A stretch of DNA of 64,000 bases from Azolla caroliniana (taxonomy: Eukaryota; Plantae; Polypodiophyta): positions 7,502,001 to 7,566,000 of the forward strand of contig JBHGNT010000001.1 of the NCBI GenBank assembly GCA_043228905.1, given 5' to 3'. Position numbers and translations under genes: made by a program. Below the pieces are notes generated by a model. It saw only the letters and a program-made list of their open reading frames with translations, was not told where the DNA came from and did no database searches. Each line of letters opens with the position of its first letter. Position 1 is the stretch's first letter. Below, piece after piece: positions 29,601-41,047 of the stretch.

Positions 29601-32600
29601 TTTTCTCTATGATATGGGTGGCCTTGGGGTATGGGTTATATTTCCAGTCTTGCAAAATAGTTCTATGCAGCTGGCAGAAGACTGAGGACACAATTACCAC
29701 AAATGTCATTGTCAGCTGTTGTCTTCAACATATTGTAGACAGGTTGCAATATTTTTGCTTAGTTATATCACAGCTCTTACTGTCATGGGTTATGCATAAA
29801 TTGGGATTAATGAAGGAGTTCCAAATTTTAGTCCCTTTCACAAACAACGATGGTAATTTTCTGACTTTAATGTTTTCTGAGTAAACAGAAAGGAACCATG
29901 TTTTCAAATAAGTGTCCAAGATGATGAGACATCAGACACAACAGGGTGGTCTCAGGCAGAAACCTAGATCATTATTATATAATTCCAGATGAAAAAAATG
30001 CTTAAAAGTCTAGTCCTAATTGTCCAAAGAATCACCAACAATGGAAACTAGATGACATACCCTCCCTTAATAAAAGAGAATTTCTCGAAAGGTGAGGTTG
30101 GATCCATTGACCATTTATACCATCTCTGATCAAGTTGATTAGTAATAAGGGCTTCCTCTAGTAATTAAGACACTGCAAACCTATGTCACATGTCTGCAGT
30201 GCTTTTGTTGGCAAACATTCCTAATAGACTTATGATCCGTTTTCCCAAATCAAGTTTTTTATAATAAATGTTTATCCACAATCAAAAGCTTGAAGAATCA
30301 ACAAGACCTCTTGTTCTGCTTCTTTCTCTGTTACATTGCTTCTCCGAACTCCTTCAATGAGCCCTACATACAGAACGCAAAAGCATGCAGTTTTTTACCA
30401 ATTAATCTAAACAACAGGAATAAATATATATAATATACACAATAAAAACACAACATCATAAGTTCATGGAAAATGCGAATTAAATCTATGCTTATGTAAG
30501 TATGTCTATAAATCCAGTCTGTTAATGATCAGCACATAAATATGGCACCCAGAAGATCAGCATTGGCTGCAACCTATTCTTATAGATGTATGTGTATACT
30601 GTGAAGTATGACACAGGTTATCAGAGTCTGAATCTCACCGCTAGCCCTGTGCTGTGTTTGACACCAGTCACCCATGCTTCCAAGAAGCTCTTCAGATTGA
30701 TTGATTATCAAATCTGGTCCCTAAACAAGCACGTTTAGTCAGGTTTTATATACTTCAGGTTCAAAGAGAACTGCTGTTCACTTACAAACAGTCTGATTTA
30801 TTAAACTAGGTGCTACAATATCAGGAAGAAGAGACAAGCCGCACAGGTTATAACTGACATGCAAAGCGTTTATAGTTGAGAAGATACTCTAAATCTTTAA
30901 AGCTAATCCAGTGTAGAATAAAAACCTACTGAATTGTTTACACATAGGATTTAGAGCTGTAAGTCCCCAATCACAATTGATTATACAATTATAACCTTCA
31001 TAGGAGTCTAAATATATATTTACAATTATGAAAAGTGGGTAAGAGAGGAGCAGAGAGTCAATTAATACATTTCATTAAGAACAGTTAAAAGTATAACATC
31101 ATTGACTCTTATTTTCACACCATCTATTTGTTAGGCCATACATTAACAATTCCTAGCCCATTGGAAACATGTACACAATCCAATCTGGTTACTTTTGACT
31201 ATGGTCACAGCCCAATCAAAGCCACTAACATCAGAACCATTAATCCCAAATAAAGATACCTTTTAAACAACCAACCTGACGTGATGCAAACAGTCAAATG
31301 GAATAAGCCATAAAGTAAAGGTAAATATTCTAGCCCATCCAAATCTCTCCAATAATCTATCAATATAAAAAAAATGTTCCAGCTAGATATTATAAATACA
31401 TCTGACAATTTTTAAATTTTCTTAAATAAGGAAGCAAAGACTTCGCCTTATAACCAACCTTGGAGATCAGGAACATCAAGCACAGCCATATAAACAAAAT
31501 TATTAATGCATGTGATAAAAAAAACAAAGGATAAGATGACTCTAGTCCAAACACATGACCAGGTAAACAAAGCAATGAGACTAACCTCTACATGTTCCTG
31601 CAGTTTTCCATCAGTAATCATACATGCGATCTCCAAGATCCTATCCTTCTCTAAATCCAAGCCTGTGACAAAAAAAGTTGTCAGATGATTTTAAAACGCC
31701 AGAAAAACACAATTTTGGCATTCTTCATAGTTTAAATTTCAAGTCACAAAAACAATTTTATCATAGTTTACACTGGTACTCTCCCTCATGTGGATTAATT
31801 TTGTGAATGAGACCTTACTTATGCCCTTGATTGGCATGTCACATGGAGAAGAAGGGTGATGGTACTAAAGAAGGTTATGATGGTTCTTCGTTGATGATTT
31901 TTGTGGCTATATTTTTGTCAAACAACTCTCTACATCTCGTGATTTTTAGCAAGAATAATCCTAAGCATCATTGGTCTTTGTTTAACCTTGCAAGGAGGGT
32001 CTCTGCTTTCACATCCTATCGTTAGCCTTGTGCAAAGAGGCAATGATATCTCAGCCTTGGTTCATAAATAATGGTAGTGACAAACATATTGTTCCTCTGA
32101 TTTTGTATCCCAACAGCACAACTACAAGATTTCTTCCTTCAAAGCCATACAAGATGACCTAATAATAAATCCATCCTGTGAAAGTATGTGTTGTTTTGTA
32201 TGTATGGCCTAATAATAGATCCATCGTTATGAGACTGGTACATTCTTTCATTTGCCAATAAAGTGATATCAGTTCAGATCCTTCTTTTCTTTTCTATTGT
32301 GGTTCTTTCCAAGTGTGGACAAACTAATCTGCAGTGTAAGGTAGTTCCTTTGGGTTTATGCCATGATATTGAACCATTCCTGCATTTAGCATACCAACAA
32401 TGAGTGTATCCCTGTTATCCCAGCTGTTTTGAGAACATGCCAGCACTGAGTTCATATATTTTAGGAGCTATCAAATCCATTAGATACAAATCACGAGCTG
32501 GAATAGCACCTCAGTCAATATAAGACTGGTTCCATCTTAACCTGGATTATATCATAGAATAGGATTAATTTTTTTTAAAGGACAGAGACATTAAACGAGT

Positions 32601-33690
32601 ATCAGAAAATACATAATCTATGTAGTTTTTCTGGATTGTGATCTGCCGTATAGAAATCATTAAGCAGAATATGGGAGTACAATAACTTGCACTCAACAGT
32701 CTGAGCAAAACGGATCTAAAAATACTAATGCTGGCTTTTTTATGTGCCGAAACTACAATTACAGGTTACCACAATGCTAATATGTAACAATTAGTAGATA
32801 AGCCAGATAAGTGGCATGTCAAGTGTTACTAAGTTTGATTGAGCTTGAATTCAATATGCATAAGACAAATAAAGATACATCAAATGACTCCTCAGGTCAA
32901 CTGCATAATGCCAACAGTATATGTCCCTAGAATATAGAAGTCGTTAAGCACTTAGATGTAGAATATCAGCATATAGATTTGGGTGGGCTATTGTCTGGAT
33001 GCCACCCCCCTGGACCAGGATAGGGGTGATTGGCTATGTTCTATGTGTGAGCAGATGTGGCAGTCTCACGTGGGTGTAGTATGGGACATGGTTTTGACTT
33101 AGAGATACATACATATCTGTAGCCTCTATTTGAGACTGATTGAGTATGGGTTTTATTGTAAAGAAGCGATTTTTCGTCTGATGCATTACTTCAGCCTCTA
33201 TATTTTCTAGTTTTAACAATTTCCTAGTTTAACCAACATACATCGTCAAAAAAGAAAGAAATTGAAGGAATAAATAGAAAGACTAGGGGGGGTAAGTATT
33301 ACCTGTCATCTCGAGGTCAATCCAAACGAGCGGCCATTTCAACAACTTCACATCTCCTCCACCTTTCTTCTCAGGAAAACAGGGAGCAATGGCGGGGAGG
33401 ATTCTCTGGGTAGGAAGAGGAAGAGGAAGAGGAGGAAAAGGAACTTCTTCCTCCTCTTCACCATCATCATCCGCGGCTTCATCGTGGATGCAGAGCTTGG
33501 CAAGAACAGTCTCCACGTTCTTCTCCTTCTTGATCCTGGCCTTCCGGGATGGTTTCTTCTTGTCGGAGCGCATGATGGCCCTCTCCACTGTTTCTGCTCC
33601 CGCGGCAGCAGTTGCTCCTTCTTCCTCTTCTGCTTCTGCTTCGGAATCGACCGACAAAATCGAGAAGATGTTGGAGCTTCTTCTGGCCAT
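26518..33690 (-). CDS. ORN: Oligoribonuclease (Orn/REXO2, DEDDh exonuclease), 7 exons
   Basis: Exons ~33690-33303, 31662-31586, 30720-30639, 30363-30308, 28083-27991, 27268-27178 and 26633-26518. Motifs PLVWIDLEMTGLD..DRILEIAC, GPDLII..WCQTQHRASGL, LAGNSVYVDLLFLRKYMPDL..VDVSSIK and HRALEDIKESIAEL. Confidence 0.95.
26644..26712. repeat. (CT)n plus (CA)n compound microsatellite in the last ORN intron
   Basis: Direct reading of the sequence. Confidence 0.95.
32000..32450 (-). mobile_element. Possible degenerate LINE 3' remnant in ORN intron 1
   Basis: The minus strand gives the broken peptides DGSIIRPY.. and CCWDTKSEEQYVCH..RLRYHCLF, which resemble a LINE C-terminal CCHC region. Many stops. 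Confidence 0.35.
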
Positions 33691-33789
33691 GCACACAGCA
33701 AAATCAAGGGGAGAAAGAGAAAGAGCAGCTCAAAGAAGAGCAGAGAGTTTAGCAGGGTAGACAGACAGACGCCCGCGTACACGCACTCC

Positions 33790-34035
33790 AGTCTACACAT
33801 ACGTACGTACGTACGTAAATACATACATATACGGTCTACACATGCATACAATACGGTGATACATCCAGACATATATGGTCTATGCATACATACATACATA
33901 TATGGTCTATATGTACATACATGCTACATACATACATATATGGTCTATACATACATACATGCTATATACATGCATATATGGTCTATGCATACATACATAC
34001 AATACGCTCATACATACATGATGTACGTACATGTT
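33790..34035. repeat. Low-complexity (CATA/TACG)n tract upstream of ORN
   Basis: Repeated ACATACATACATATATGGTCTAT-like units. Confidence 0.8.
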
Positions 34036-36170
34036 TCGAGGACTATAAGGGTAGGGGGTGTCATTTACTTCGAATGCACAGCCCGGTGGCCGCCAAGGAC
34101 CTCGCCTTTCGCACCCACTCAATCATCACCACTCTCTGTAAATATTATACGACATTTCATGGACGTCTTATGCTTTTATTGTTGCCTCGACGACATTGTA
34201 ATGCTGACAAGTGTTGATGGGTATCTATATCCCAAAAATGTCACGACCTTCCCTGCTCGCTTTTTCTTTTTCCCTGTTATTAAATAATGATGTATTGATT
34301 ATGAAAGTCTGAGTGGCGAATCTATACAGTCGCGTATAATAAAAGGCCAATGCAAATTATGATTATGATGCCTTGGCCAACCTACGAATCCTTATCCCTC
34401 CTTTGTGTCGACCTCCACGAAGTCTCCAACAAAGAGAATTGTCATACCAATATGCTTTTTAATTGTCGAATGTGTCTTCAAGCCCCATACCAAGCATAGA
34501 AAACAAAAGACATACCACACACCCATCGTAAAGGGGATTTCAACATTCCACTCATAGAATCCAAATAGCCCTTGCCACTCGACAACTGATAAATCAATGT
34601 GGACAATGTTCATTTTTAACTGTGCAAATAAAATACATCATAGAAGTTATACTTCATATTCACAAAGCAGCTCCTAGAGGTAGTCCATCCACCAAGACCT
34701 TTCAAATAAACGCCCCTAGCTTTGAAAGGAATAGAAATTTGCCACACTATTTGGATTTTATGATTCCTCATTCATTACTAACCCATTCTACCATCCATGC
34801 ATACCTAACAATTAGTTTACGATATACATAAATTGTTTTTACTTTGGCAAGGCTTTTTATGACTTTGCAAATGTCCACTCTGCTTTGCAAAGAAGGCATT
34901 TCTTGCGTCTTAGACATTGTTGCATGGTTAGTTCTAGGAATATGAAATCCTTGTCCTTGTTGTATGAAAAGCCATTATTTATTGTTTGGTTCTCAACATG
35001 GCAAATTCTTCCCTATGGATGAATGTCTTCCCATTGGAATGAATCTAAGCATGCTTCCCATTGGAAAGGATAAATATAACTTCTTCCCATTATGCACATC
35101 ATGGTCAAGAAATGGAAACCATCTTACACTTATTGTAGACTTGCTCATTGGCCAAGTCATTTAGACGCATATTACAAGCATCACTTTTGCCAAGGTTTCT
35201 TGGGAAATGATTGGGAAAAACTTTTGGCTATTTGGGTTGTTTCTACATGGTCTATCAAGAAATACTAAATTCATCTAATGGGCAAGATTCCGGACACTTT
35301 GGATCACCCACAAGCACAAGGTCTATGGTAAAAATAAAATTAAGGATGCTAGCTTATTCAAGTAATCGCTCTATTCCCTCGTTTACGTCTTATGAAGATC
35401 CCACTCCAAACTTACATTCTTTGATTTGAGTGGCTCTAAGCTCTTTTGTTTCTACTCAATACTTAGTAAATCTCTATTTGTTATTACTACGAGTTTTTTG
35501 TTATAAGCACAACCTCAAGGACCAATTCTAAAGGCCAAATTTGAATGATATAAAGGTAAAATAAGTGGGAAACTAGTTATTCTAGGGCGGAGACAAACCA
35601 GAAGGATCGTACCATAATCTTACATTAAAATCTCTCTTTTTAGGTGAAAGTATTGTAATTGCAATACAATCTAAATGCTCCTGGCACATGCATTATAATT
35701 TTGCGCTAATATACCAAGCATGATGCACGTACAAAATGAAAGATCTTGTTACGAGATATGAGCTCTGCATTAGCTTTCACTAATCAATGAACATTGGATC
35801 ATGAAGTTTCCTTTGTGATCCCAACCCTAGGAATGCTAGAGGATATGTATGATATCGCATTTGCTCTCTATAGGACACCAGTTGTTGGGTCATGACACAT
35901 GCACGCGGGCGAGCGATCGATCCATATGACCCACCTATATATTATAATTTTGCTTTAACATACCAAGCATGATGCACATACAAAATGAAAGATCCTGTTA
36001 CGAGATATGAGCTCCACACATTAACTTTCATTGATCAATGAACATTGATTGCATCAAGAAGTTTCCTTGCGATCCCAACCCTATGAATGCAAGAGGACAT
36101 GTATGATATCACGGACATGTATGATATCACATTTGCTCTCTGTAGGACACCAACTGTTGGGTCATGAGAC

Positions 36171-37469
36171 ATGCTGCAACCAGAACGGCAAAGTGGTCAC
36201 CAACAAGAACCAGAGGTGCAGCTCGACGCAACTAGACAAAACCGACCACTGGCCAACGACACCAACAACCAACCCTCCGGGCAGACGCAACAACAGGGCA
36301 CCGACAGCCAATGGCTCCGGTGGATTGGAGAACAGATTGCCGGAGTGGTATACTACATAGAGGCGGAAGAGAAAGCGTAGATGGACCGGTTGCTTGTCAC
36401 AACCGGAGAACTAGAGATGGCCCGGTCAAGGATCCAGAGCCTAGAACAAGACTTGGACCTGGCCATAGAAGAATTGGCCAAAATGGCCTTAACCGGACCA
36501 CAACTCCAAGTATCGGTGACTCCGGTAGATGTACAGAATAAAGAAGCATCGGCACATGTACATAGCAATAAGACCGCGGAGACGGAAACAGTCCCGAAGA
36601 TAGTGGCGGCACAAGGAAAAGAGCTTGCTGAATTAAGAGATGAACTGGCCACACAGGAAGCATTACGCACCCGAGAGCGGGACTTGAAGAAAGCGGCAGA
36701 AGAAGAGCAACGAAAGATTGTTGAGGACCTCCGCCGGGTCGAAGAGAATCCGCGGAAAGGACATCAGGCCTATGACCGACTGAAGGAGGAGAAAGAGAAG
36801 GCGCTGCAAGAAAAGGAGAAGCTGCGACGGATGGCAGAAACAGAGATCGAAAGGCTGAAAGAAGAACTCTGTCAACAGAAGGACCGGGAAGACCGCGCTC
36901 GCCGGCAACCCAACCAAAAGCTGAAGCAGAAGACCGATGATTTTGAGCACCTGCACCGGGACTACAAGCACCTAGATACGGAGCATAAGAAACAACAGGA
37001 GAAGATGGCAGAGCTCCGATAGGAGGTGCATAGAATTGAGACAACATTGGCGGAGGAACGGGCGGAAAGAACCACACTACTGGAGGAAACCGCGCAAGAA
37101 CGGATGGAGCTGCATAAGCAACATTATGAAGAGAAGGAAAGAGCGACGATGGTCTTGCAAAGGCTGCAGAACACCTATCAAACCCAATTGTCACATTACC
37201 GGGAGCAGGAGGCGGATACGGTTGCACTGATCAAGCAGTTGAAGGACGAACGACAAGCCGCGGCGCAAGAACGGATGGAGCTGCATAAGCAACATTATGA
37301 AGAGAAGGAAAGAGCGACGATGGTCTTGCAAAGGCTGCAGAACACCTATCAAACCCAATTGTCACATTACCGGGAGCAGGAGGCGGATACGGTTGCACTG
37401 ATCAAGCAGTTGAAGGACGAACGACAAGCCGCGGAGGCACACAGGCGGGCGGGCGATCGATCCATATGA
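36171..37469 (+). pseudogene. GC-rich coiled-coil reading frame broken by two in-frame TAG codons, probably a captured transposon-derived coding fragment
   Basis: ORFs 36171-36380, 36381-37022 and 37026-37469 are all in one frame and separated only by TAG. The sequence is E/K/R/Q-rich and heptad-like, with a composition unlike the flanks. Confidence 0.65.
37092..37433 (+). repeat. Apparently identical tandem duplication, 2 x 171 bp (57 codons)
   Basis: GCGCAAGAACGGATGGAGC...CGACAAGCCGCG at 37092-37262 and 37263-37433. The peptide AQERMELHKQHYEEK..DERQAA occurs twice. Confidence 0.95.
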
Positions 37470-37562
37470 CAACTTGTCCACCTAGAGGAAACATATGTAG
37501 AGGAACCAGCTTGTCCACCCTTTCTCTGTCACTAACTAAATACAGGGGAGGGGCCAAGCTGA

Positions 37563-40013
37563 ATGGTTCCTGAACGTCCTGTGAAGAAGCTTTCTGCAGG
37601 AAGTAAGCTCTTATCTGCATTCCCAGGTAGCACACCAGGACATTCACAAGAGAAACCCACAAAACTAAAGAAAACCTCGTTTACTCTTTCATCACTGCCA
37701 GAGACCCTCCCCAATGATCTTGAAAACGTGAGAGATGAAGCCACCTATGCATCTCTCTTGAGATGGTGTGGCCACAACAAAGACCTTTCTCAAGGAAGAA
37801 ACATACATCATGCTATTGTCAGGTGCGGCCTTTCAAGGAGCCATTTCTTGCAGAACCATCTTCTTTATATGTATGGAAAGCTTGGACAGATACATACAAC
37901 TTTTTATATCTTCGGTAGTATGCGTCGAAAAGATGTGTTCTCATGGAATTTCATGATAAAAGCATGCGTTCAAGAAGGCCAAGGCAACCATGCAATTGAC
38001 CTTTTTAATCAAATGCAGAGAGAAAGCATAATGCCAGATAATATCCTCATTGTGAACCTTTTGCCTTCGTGTGATTGTTCCAATGGCATCAGTAAACTAC
38101 ATGCTAGGCTTATTGGAAGTGGATATGAAGAGGATCTAGCACTTGGCACTACTCTTATAAAATTATATGGAAAATATGGTTGTGTCGATGCTTCAAGAAA
38201 TGTTTTCAACAAGATGGTTGATATGGACACCATGTGTTGGACTGCTATGATTGCTGTATATGCTCAGCATAAGCAAATTAAAGAGGCCATGAAAGTGTTT
38301 GAAGGAATGGTACAGTTTAATATATGTTTAGATGATGTTACTTTTCTTAATGCTGTATCAGCTTGTGCTAGTTGTGGAGATATGTTGGAAGGAATGAAGG
38401 TTCATTTTTTGATGGTATACACTGGAATGGAGTCCAATCAAGCACTAGATAATGCTGTTTTGCATATGTATAGCAAATGTGGCACAATTGATGATGTCTG
38501 GTACCTTTTTAGAATGATGGACGAGCCTGATGTAGTCTCATGGACAGCAATGATCACATCATACGTCCACCAAGGTTCAGTCATTAATTCTTTCCAAGCG
38601 TTAAATCAAATGCATGAAGAAGGGATTTTACCGAACAAGTTAACATTCATGAGCATTATAAGTGTTTGCACAAGCCCAAGGTTTCTAAAACTAGCCACGC
38701 ATGTGCATTCTTGCATTGCATTCTCTGAGTACATGTCAGAAGTTTCCATATGTAATGCGCTTATCAATATGTATGGCAAATGTGGAGATGTCTATGATGC
38801 ATGTGGAATATTTGAAAATATGCGTTCTAAAGATGTGGTTTCATGGAACACCATTATTCATGTGTGTACAAACCATGAACAAGGAAACAGTCCCTTTCAG
38901 TATTTTAAACAAATGCAGAACCAAGGGACACTTCCAGATGATATCACCTTTGTCAAGGTTCTGGATGCAATTTCCAACCAGAGATCATTACATGAGGGAA
39001 AGCAAATACATGCCTGTATCTATAGTAAAGGTTTTGAGTCCAATATTGTTGTTGCCACAGCCCTTGTAAATATGTATGGAAGACACGGTTGTATGAAGAG
39101 GACATCTGTGTTGTTCGATGAAATGTATGACCGAGATACGATAGCATGGAATACCATGATTGAGCTACATGCCCAAGAAGGGGAAGAGAAATATGCCTTC
39201 CAAGTGTATGAACAAATGCAACAGGAGGGAGTATTACCGGAAAAGTCCACTTATGTTAGCATTCTTTCGACATGTAGAATCCATAGCATGTTAACTGAAT
39301 GTAAGTGTGCACATGCTCGGATTATGGTCAGGCAATGTGGCTTGGACCTTGTTTTAGGCAATGCCCTTCTTAATACATACGCAAAATGTGGTTGCCATGG
39401 AGATGCATGGAAGATGTTTCAAGACCTTCATGTTAGGGATGTAGTTTCATGGAATACGATAATTGCAGCATATTCACAAAATGGGAAAGCCAGAAAAGCA
39501 CTTCAAATATTTTTGTCAATGAGAAAGGAAGGGGTAACCCCAAATGGGGTCACTTTTATTAATATACTCTCTGCATGTAGTCATTGTGGTCTAATAGATG
39601 AGGCATGTCAAATTTTGCTTTCTATGCATTTGCACTATTCGATAAAACCAAATGTTGAGCATTATAATTGCATAATTGATCTTATTGCTCGGATGGGGCG
39701 ACTTGATGAGGCTGAGAAGTGGTTGCATGAAATGCCAGTGGAACCAACTTATATTTCGTGGTTCATTCTTCTCAACTCATGCAAGCACTATCTTGATGTG
39801 AAAAGGGCTCAAAATACTGCTGAGCGAATGCTTGTATTAGACCCAAATGATGCAACCCCCTATATACTTCTGTCAAACATCTATTGTCACATCAATAACG
39901 ATGATGATGCATTCTCAAATCTGCATGTGACTGAAGATGAAGGCCTAAGCATTCCTTCAGGTCACACTACATTGAGGCAATTTGAAACAAAGAAAAGAGT
40001 GCATTCCACATAA
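37563..40013 (+). CDS. PLS-class pentatricopeptide repeat protein with a (partial) E domain and no DYW; putative organellar RNA-editing specificity factor
   Basis: Single 816-aa ORF with repeated NALINMYGKCG / DVVSWNTII / PxxxTF..L.AC triplets. The end FINILSACSHCGL..EHYNCIIDLIARMGRLDEAE..MPVEP..W..LL..C..YILLSNIY is the typical P2-L2-S2-E end. Confidence 0.95.
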   Translation: MVPERPVKKLSAGSKLLSAFPGSTPGHSQEKPTKLKKTSFTLSSLPETLPNDLENVRDEATYASLLRWCGHNKDLSQGRNIHHAIVRCGLSRSHFLQNHLLYMYGKLGQIHTTFYIFGSMRRKDVFSWNFMIKACVQEGQGNHAIDLFNQMQRESIMPDNILIVNLLPSCDCSNGISKLHARLIGSGYEEDLALGTTLIKLYGKYGCVDASRNVFNKMVDMDTMCWTAMIAVYAQHKQIKEAMKVFEGMVQFNICLDDVTFLNAVSACASCGDMLEGMKVHFLMVYTGMESNQALDNAVLHMYSKCGTIDDVWYLFRMMDEPDVVSWTAMITSYVHQGSVINSFQALNQMHEEGILPNKLTFMSIISVCTSPRFLKLATHVHSCIAFSEYMSEVSICNALINMYGKCGDVYDACGIFENMRSKDVVSWNTIIHVCTNHEQGNSPFQYFKQMQNQGTLPDDITFVKVLDAISNQRSLHEGKQIHACIYSKGFESNIVVATALVNMYGRHGCMKRTSVLFDEMYDRDTIAWNTMIELHAQEGEEKYAFQVYEQMQQEGVLPEKSTYVSILSTCRIHSMLTECKCAHARIMVRQCGLDLVLGNALLNTYAKCGCHGDAWKMFQDLHVRDVVSWNTIIAAYSQNGKARKALQIFLSMRKEGVTPNGVTFINILSACSHCGLIDEACQILLSMHLHYSIKPNVEHYNCIIDLIARMGRLDEAEKWLHEMPVEPTYISWFILLNSCKHYLDVKRAQNTAERMLVLDPNDATPYILLSNIYCHINNDDDAFSNLHVTEDEGLSIPSGHTTLRQFETKKRVHST

Positions 40014-40444
40014 GTGCCTCAGCAGACATAACAAGAACAATTAAAACCCTCCGTATCATATACTATGCAAATCTGATCTGCACCACACTAGTGGTTGTTC
40101 TACCAGACACATTGATTTAGGTTGTTCTATGAGACTGGATTTCAAAGGCAAAATGGCTCTTCAGAGTTGTTATTAAAACGAAACATTCATATACATTGCA
40201 GACAACCTTGTGTAGAAATATTTAGGTAGAACATACCCAGAACAATCTGAAAACTAGAATGAAACCACTAATGTCATAATTGCAACGCTTGTTGAGTTAT
40301 GAGATTAAATTCCTCTATTTAATTGCATCACAAAAGCAAATGATGAATACATATCTACTTGTATTTTGCAAACCATCAAACAAAAACTTTGTATCTTCTC
40401 CAAAATACAAAAATGACTGGCATTTACATAAATGTAAGTACACT

Positions 40445-40705
40445 ATTTAATGATCATCATAGTATAACACAAATTTATACTCTTTCTGGGAGCTCTCAGT
40501 AAAACATCAAGCTAATGTAGTTTTTATGGAAGTCGCATTATGCCAAAAATTTCTCTGCAAGCCCATGTTATCCATTTAATGATCATCGTAGCATGACACA
40601 ATATATCCTCTTTCAATGAGCACTCGTCAAATATCAAGCTAATTATGGAAGACATTATACCAATTGTATACAAGATCGATATGATTCTCTACAAACCTAT
40701 GTTCA
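40445..40705. repeat. Diverged ~130 bp tandem duplication between the convergent PPR and APX 3' ends
   Basis: ATTTAATGATCATCRTAG..ATCAAGCTAAT..TTATGGAAG..CATTAT..TTCTCTRCAA occurs twice. Confidence 0.7.
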
Positions 40706-41047
40706 GCAATATCCATGAACAGACAAACAGAATGTAACTTATTAAGCAAGCACATCATAATTTATGAAGAACATAAAAATTCACATCACAGTAATGAATT
40801 TGCAACTTGCAACTAAAACAAAAACCCAAAGAAGTCATCATTACGTAAGTGTCATCCATTATTTTCTCATTATCGTCTAAAGTTCTTAATGATCTCATTA
40901 CCAGACTGCGAATTTAATGATCTCAAGTATTTTCTCATTATCGTCTAAAGTTCTTAAACTTTACTACTCAGGTGGGTAGCTTAGCGCCAACAAAATTCTT
41001 GTTCGTAATCAGAAATTAGCAATTCATTCATGCCAATAATTACAGCA

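Larger units (their letters stand above)
35692..37470. repeat. ~240 bp tandem duplication whose second copy is split by a ~1.27 kb insert
   Basis: Copy 1 is 35692-35930 (ATTATAATTTTGC...GGTCATGACACATGCACGCGGGCGAGCGATCGATCCATATGAC). Copy 2 is 35941-36174 and resumes at ~37441-37470 (ACAGGCGGGCGGGCGATCGATCCATATGAC). Confidence 0.9.

Noticed and set aside
33348-34287. Multiple long overlapping ORFs (183, 123, 267 and 111 aa)
   Set aside because: They are shadows of GC-rich ORN exon 1 plus low-complexity CATA repeats.
36171-40013. Single coiled-coil-PPR fusion ORF (same reading frame)
   Set aside because: Three more in-frame stops (TGA 37467, a TAA, and a TGA directly before ATG 37563) intervene. 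A fusion would need splicing, and I have no evidence for that.
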